Shown: positions 61,602 through 64,000 of the stretch, piece by piece
Numbering within the stretch: the first letter of the stretch is position 1
How the letters are laid out: the number at the start of each line of letters is the position of its first letter
DNA from: Patescibacteria group bacterium
Lineage (GTDB): Bacteria; Patescibacteriota; JABMPQ01; JAHIRA01
Length of the DNA: 64,000 bases
Direction: 5' to 3'
Assembly (NCBI GenBank): GCA_018818205.1
Contig: JAHISJ010000013.1
Location: 16,661 to 80,660 of the forward strand
Program-made: the position numbers and the translations under genes
The notes under the pieces: model-generated
What the model was told of the DNA's origin: nothing
Seen by the model: the letters and a program-made list of their open reading frames with translations, nothing else
Databases searched by the model: none

Positions 61602-62452
61602 ATCTTAAAGAATTTTCTTGCTTTAGTTATCACTTTCTCAAAGGTGAGCGGTTCTTTTTCTAATGTAATCTTAATTTCTGCAATTTCAATTTCACTGTCT
61701 TTCTCTTTTAAACCCGGTGCTGCAAGCATGAATCTGATAGTGTTTTTGTTGTCAACGTAAGCATTTTTGTAGTCGAACGTATTTTTGGCAACGGTCCAAC
61801 CATTAACGTTGTCTGGGGGAGTGTAGTGTGCAAGAATATAGTCAATTCCCTCCAAATCGACGTTGTGCCTTAGAGGACTTATTAGTGTTGGCTCAATCTT
61901 TTCCTTAGGTACGTATTTTGTTATATCAAAATTGTATACTAGTATTCGCTTGTCATTTGGATAGTTAGTGTAAAATTCTTCAAGAGAGGAAAAGTCATTG
62001 TTTTTCTGGTATAAAGTTCCTTCTGGCCCTTCGACTTTGTTCCAGTCACTGGTATTAAGTAGTTTTGACTCAAGAGGGAGTTTTTTGTAGTTATCCTTAT
62101 CATTGATTCTGAGTCCCAGATCAAAAATGGTAGCGCCTGGATTTTTGTAGGTAATCTGAACCGTTATTTTCTCAAAAGGGTCCTTTTTTTCTAAATCAAA
62201 ATAGACTGCATCGTCATGCATTTTCTGAAAATAGATCCCATCTTGCTCCAAAATAGGGGAGAGTCGTTCCCAAGGCTCAAGGTGGGAAATAAGTGCGTTA
62301 TCCTCGCTAAAATCGTATACAAGCTCTCTTTTGCCTGAGAATACGAAATTTTTTTCTAAAATCCAAAAAAGAAGCAGGATTGGTAGTATGCAAATGACTA
62401 CTTTTAGCGCAATAGACAGTATTTTGAGCGACTTACTTTGTCGTTTTTCCAT
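61598..62452 (-). CDS. membrane-anchored extracytoplasmic protein, unknown function
   Basis: N-terminal TM segment, then a 250-aa hydrophilic region. Confidence 0.5.
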   Translation of the reverse strand: MEKRQSKSLKILSIALKVVICILPILLLFWILEKNFVFSGKRELVYDFSEDNALISHLEPWERLSPILEQDGIYFQKMHDDAVYFDLEKKDPFEKITVQITYKNPGATIFDLGLRINDKDNYKKLPLESKLLNTSDWNKVEGPEGTLYQKNNDFSSLEEFYTNYPNDKRILVYNFDITKYVPKEKIEPTLISPLRHNVDLEGIDYILAHYTPPDNVNGWTVAKNTFDYKNAYVDNKNTIRFMLAAPGLKEKDSEIEIAEIKITLEKEPLTFEKVITKARKFFKI

Positions 62453-62540
62453 ATACTTATTATACGGGTTTTTAGGTGAAATCCAAGGTTTCTTTTGTGA
62501 AAAGTAGGGTATGAAGCAGCGTGATCTTACTCATAAATAG

Positions 62541-62588
62541 TCTGTCATCCCGGATCAGTCTTTCCGAAGACTGATCCGGGATGACAGA
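62541..62588. repeat. perfect 21-bp-arm palindrome (ctgtcatcccggatcagtctt tccg aagactgatccgggatgacag) in a divergent intergenic region; related to the element at 5647-5755
   Basis: Direct inspection; the two arms are exact reverse complements. Confidence 0.6.
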
Positions 62589-62687
62589 TAGTTTATTGTA
62601 TTTCGGTGCCTACTGGGGTTATAGGATGGTAGGCTTACTATTTTTTCTCTTGAAAAGCATCAAGAATTATGCTAGAGTATTAGCAAT

Positions 62688-64000
62688 ATGTCAACTATCA
62701 AACATGCGTCAAAAAATGCGCTCTGGCTTACGATTGCAGAAATTGTTGCCAAGGTTGTTGCGTTTATTTCAGTTATTCTAATCACGCGCTATTTAACCAA
62801 AGATTCCTTTGGACAATACACGTTTGTCATGTCTATGGGTATTATCTTTGGTGTTTTGGCCAATTTTGGCTTTGGGGTGTACGTCACCAGAGAAATAGCA
62901 AGAAGTAAAGAGAAAGCAGGGAAGATTGTGGGGAATTTGCTTTCACTAAAGCTTATTCTCTCGGGTGTGGTGCTGGTTTTACTTTTTCTTACTGCGCAGT
63001 TCTTAGATAAACCTTCGTACGTTGTTATTGCAATTTACGTTGTTAGTTTCTTGACAGTGTTTGATGCACTGAGGTCTTTTTTAGGTGGCGTGTTTCAAGC
63101 CTATGAAAAAATGGGCTATTTGGCCGTAGTCAAGGTAGGGGAGCGACTTCTCTACTTAGTACTTGTGCTTGTTGCTATTTATCTCGATAAAGGCATTGTT
63201 TTTATAGTCGGGTCTGCTGCTGCAGCATCCTTTATTTTTGCGCTCGTTTCTTTTGCTCTTGTTCATTACAAATTTACTCCAATCAGGCTCAGATGGGACA
63301 AGGTTTTTATCTTACAGATTTTGCTTGGCACCGTCTTTTTCCTTATTAACGATATATTCATTGTTGTCTTTTTTAGAATCGACACTGTGATGCTTTCACT
63401 TATGACGAGTGATGCGCTTACGGCAACGTATAGTGCAGCCTATAACCTGATTTACGCGGTTACCTTTATCCCTGGAGTCCTTTCTGCGGTATTATTTCCC
63501 GTTCTTACGCGATTCTACAAGACCAATAAAGATGTTTTTAAAAGCAATCTTACCCTCATTTTCAAGTACTTTATGCTTGTGTCTCTTCCGGTCATGGCAT
63601 TTTTTATTATTTTTTCTGAAAAGCTTATTGTTATTATTTACAAAGAGAAGTATATAGATTCAGTACCGATATTTCAGCTGTTGACGTTTGGGCTTGGCTT
63701 TGTCTTTTTGAACTTTATTTTTAGTACCATTTTGAACACGGTAAATAAGCAAAAATTGGTAGCTGCATCATCGTTTATTGCTATGATATTAAACATTGTT
63801 TTAAATTTTATCCTTATTCCTCAGTTCACTATGTATGGTGCAGCGGTAGCAACAATTATTACCGAATTCACTTTTTGCCTTGCCTTAGCACTATTTGTCC
63901 ATAAACAGTTTAAGATAGTAAATACTGTTATTCTAAAAAAGCTTTTGTTTGTTTGCATTTCACTAGTGGTTGCTATTGTCTGTGCGTATATTGCTCGGTT
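62688..64000 (+). CDS. Wzx-like flippase (MOP superfamily), 3'-partial at the window edge; not in the supplied ORF track because it has no stop
   Basis: Manual translation from ATG 62688 is open to the window end (437 codons): MSTIKHASKNALWLTIAEIVAKVVAF... multi-TM, ...YGAAVATIITEF... Confidence 0.7.
   Translation, partial: MSTIKHASKNALWLTIAEIVAKVVAFISVILITRYLTKDSFGQYTFVMSMGIIFGVLANFGFGVYVTREIARSKEKAGKIVGNLLSLKLILSGVVLVLLFLTAQFLDKPSYVVIAIYVVSFLTVFDALRSFLGGVFQAYEKMGYLAVVKVGERLLYLVLVLVAIYLDKGIVFIVGSAAAASFIFALVSFALVHYKFTPIRLRWDKVFILQILLGTVFFLINDIFIVVFFRIDTVMLSLMTSDALTATYSAAYNLIYAVTFIPGVLSAVLFPVLTRFYKTNKDVFKSNLTLIFKYFMLVSLPVMAFFIIFSEKLIVIIYKEKYIDSVPIFQLLTFGLGFVFLNFIFSTILNTVNKQKLVAASSFIAMILNIVLNFILIPQFTMYGAAVATIITEFTFCLALALFVHKQFKIVNTVILKKLLFVCISLVVAIVCAYIAR

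Noticed and set aside
62581-62781. 66-aa ORF overlapping the palindrome and the flippase start
   Set aside because: Different frame from the long open flippase frame starting at 62688, which has clear MOP-family features. Overlaps the perfect palindrome.

Overview
This 64 kb window is almost entirely a dense, mostly co-directional (+ strand) cell-envelope glycan biosynthesis super-locus from a low-GC bacterium. Standard genetic code: TGA is used as a stop, and there are many ATGA/4-nt start-stop overlaps. Several sigma70-consensus promoters are visible. The lineage cannot be fixed from sequence alone; a DPM1-like GT2 + DUF2304 pair and a long-form RmlA are reminiscent of CPR/Patescibacteria or other monoderms.

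Contents supported by the sequence:
- Nucleotide-sugar pathways:
  - A complete dTDP-L-rhamnose set (rmlC, HIT-family gene, rmlB, rmlD, long-form rmlA).
  - GalE-like epimerase, MetK, UDP-glucose dehydrogenase, UDP-xylose synthase and a UDP-GlcA 4-epimerase-like gene.
  - GDP-mannose 4,6-dehydratase plus an Rmd-like reductase.
  - A WecE-like dTDP-4-keto-6-deoxyhexose transaminase.
- About 20 glycosyltransferases (GT2, GT4 and polyprenol-phosphate GT2 types).
- An ABC-2 exporter pair (Wzm and a short Wzt).
- A 1273-aa four-domain protein (FkbM methyltransferase-GT2-GT2-GT4).
- Two Wzx-like flippases (a third runs off the 3' edge) and an O-antigen-ligase-family membrane protein.
- Several GT-C-like polytopic membrane proteins, some paired with small 4-TM proteins (ArnE/GtrA-like, DUF2304-like).
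- An IS200/IS605 tnpA element flanked by two gene fragments.
- A frameshifted methyltransferase pseudogene.
- A KilA-N-domain gene in an AT-rich segment.
- Three large surface/secreted proteins:
  - 1040 aa: concanavalin-like + clan-A glycoside hydrolase + PQNE linker + FG-GAP propeller.
  - 627 aa: Cys/Asp-rich MopE-type repeats + LamG-like domain.
  - 1130 aa: membrane protein with a huge extracytoplasmic tail.
- Two related long palindromic elements at the outer edges of the locus (5.6 kb and 62.5 kb).

No rRNA, tRNA or CRISPR array was found.
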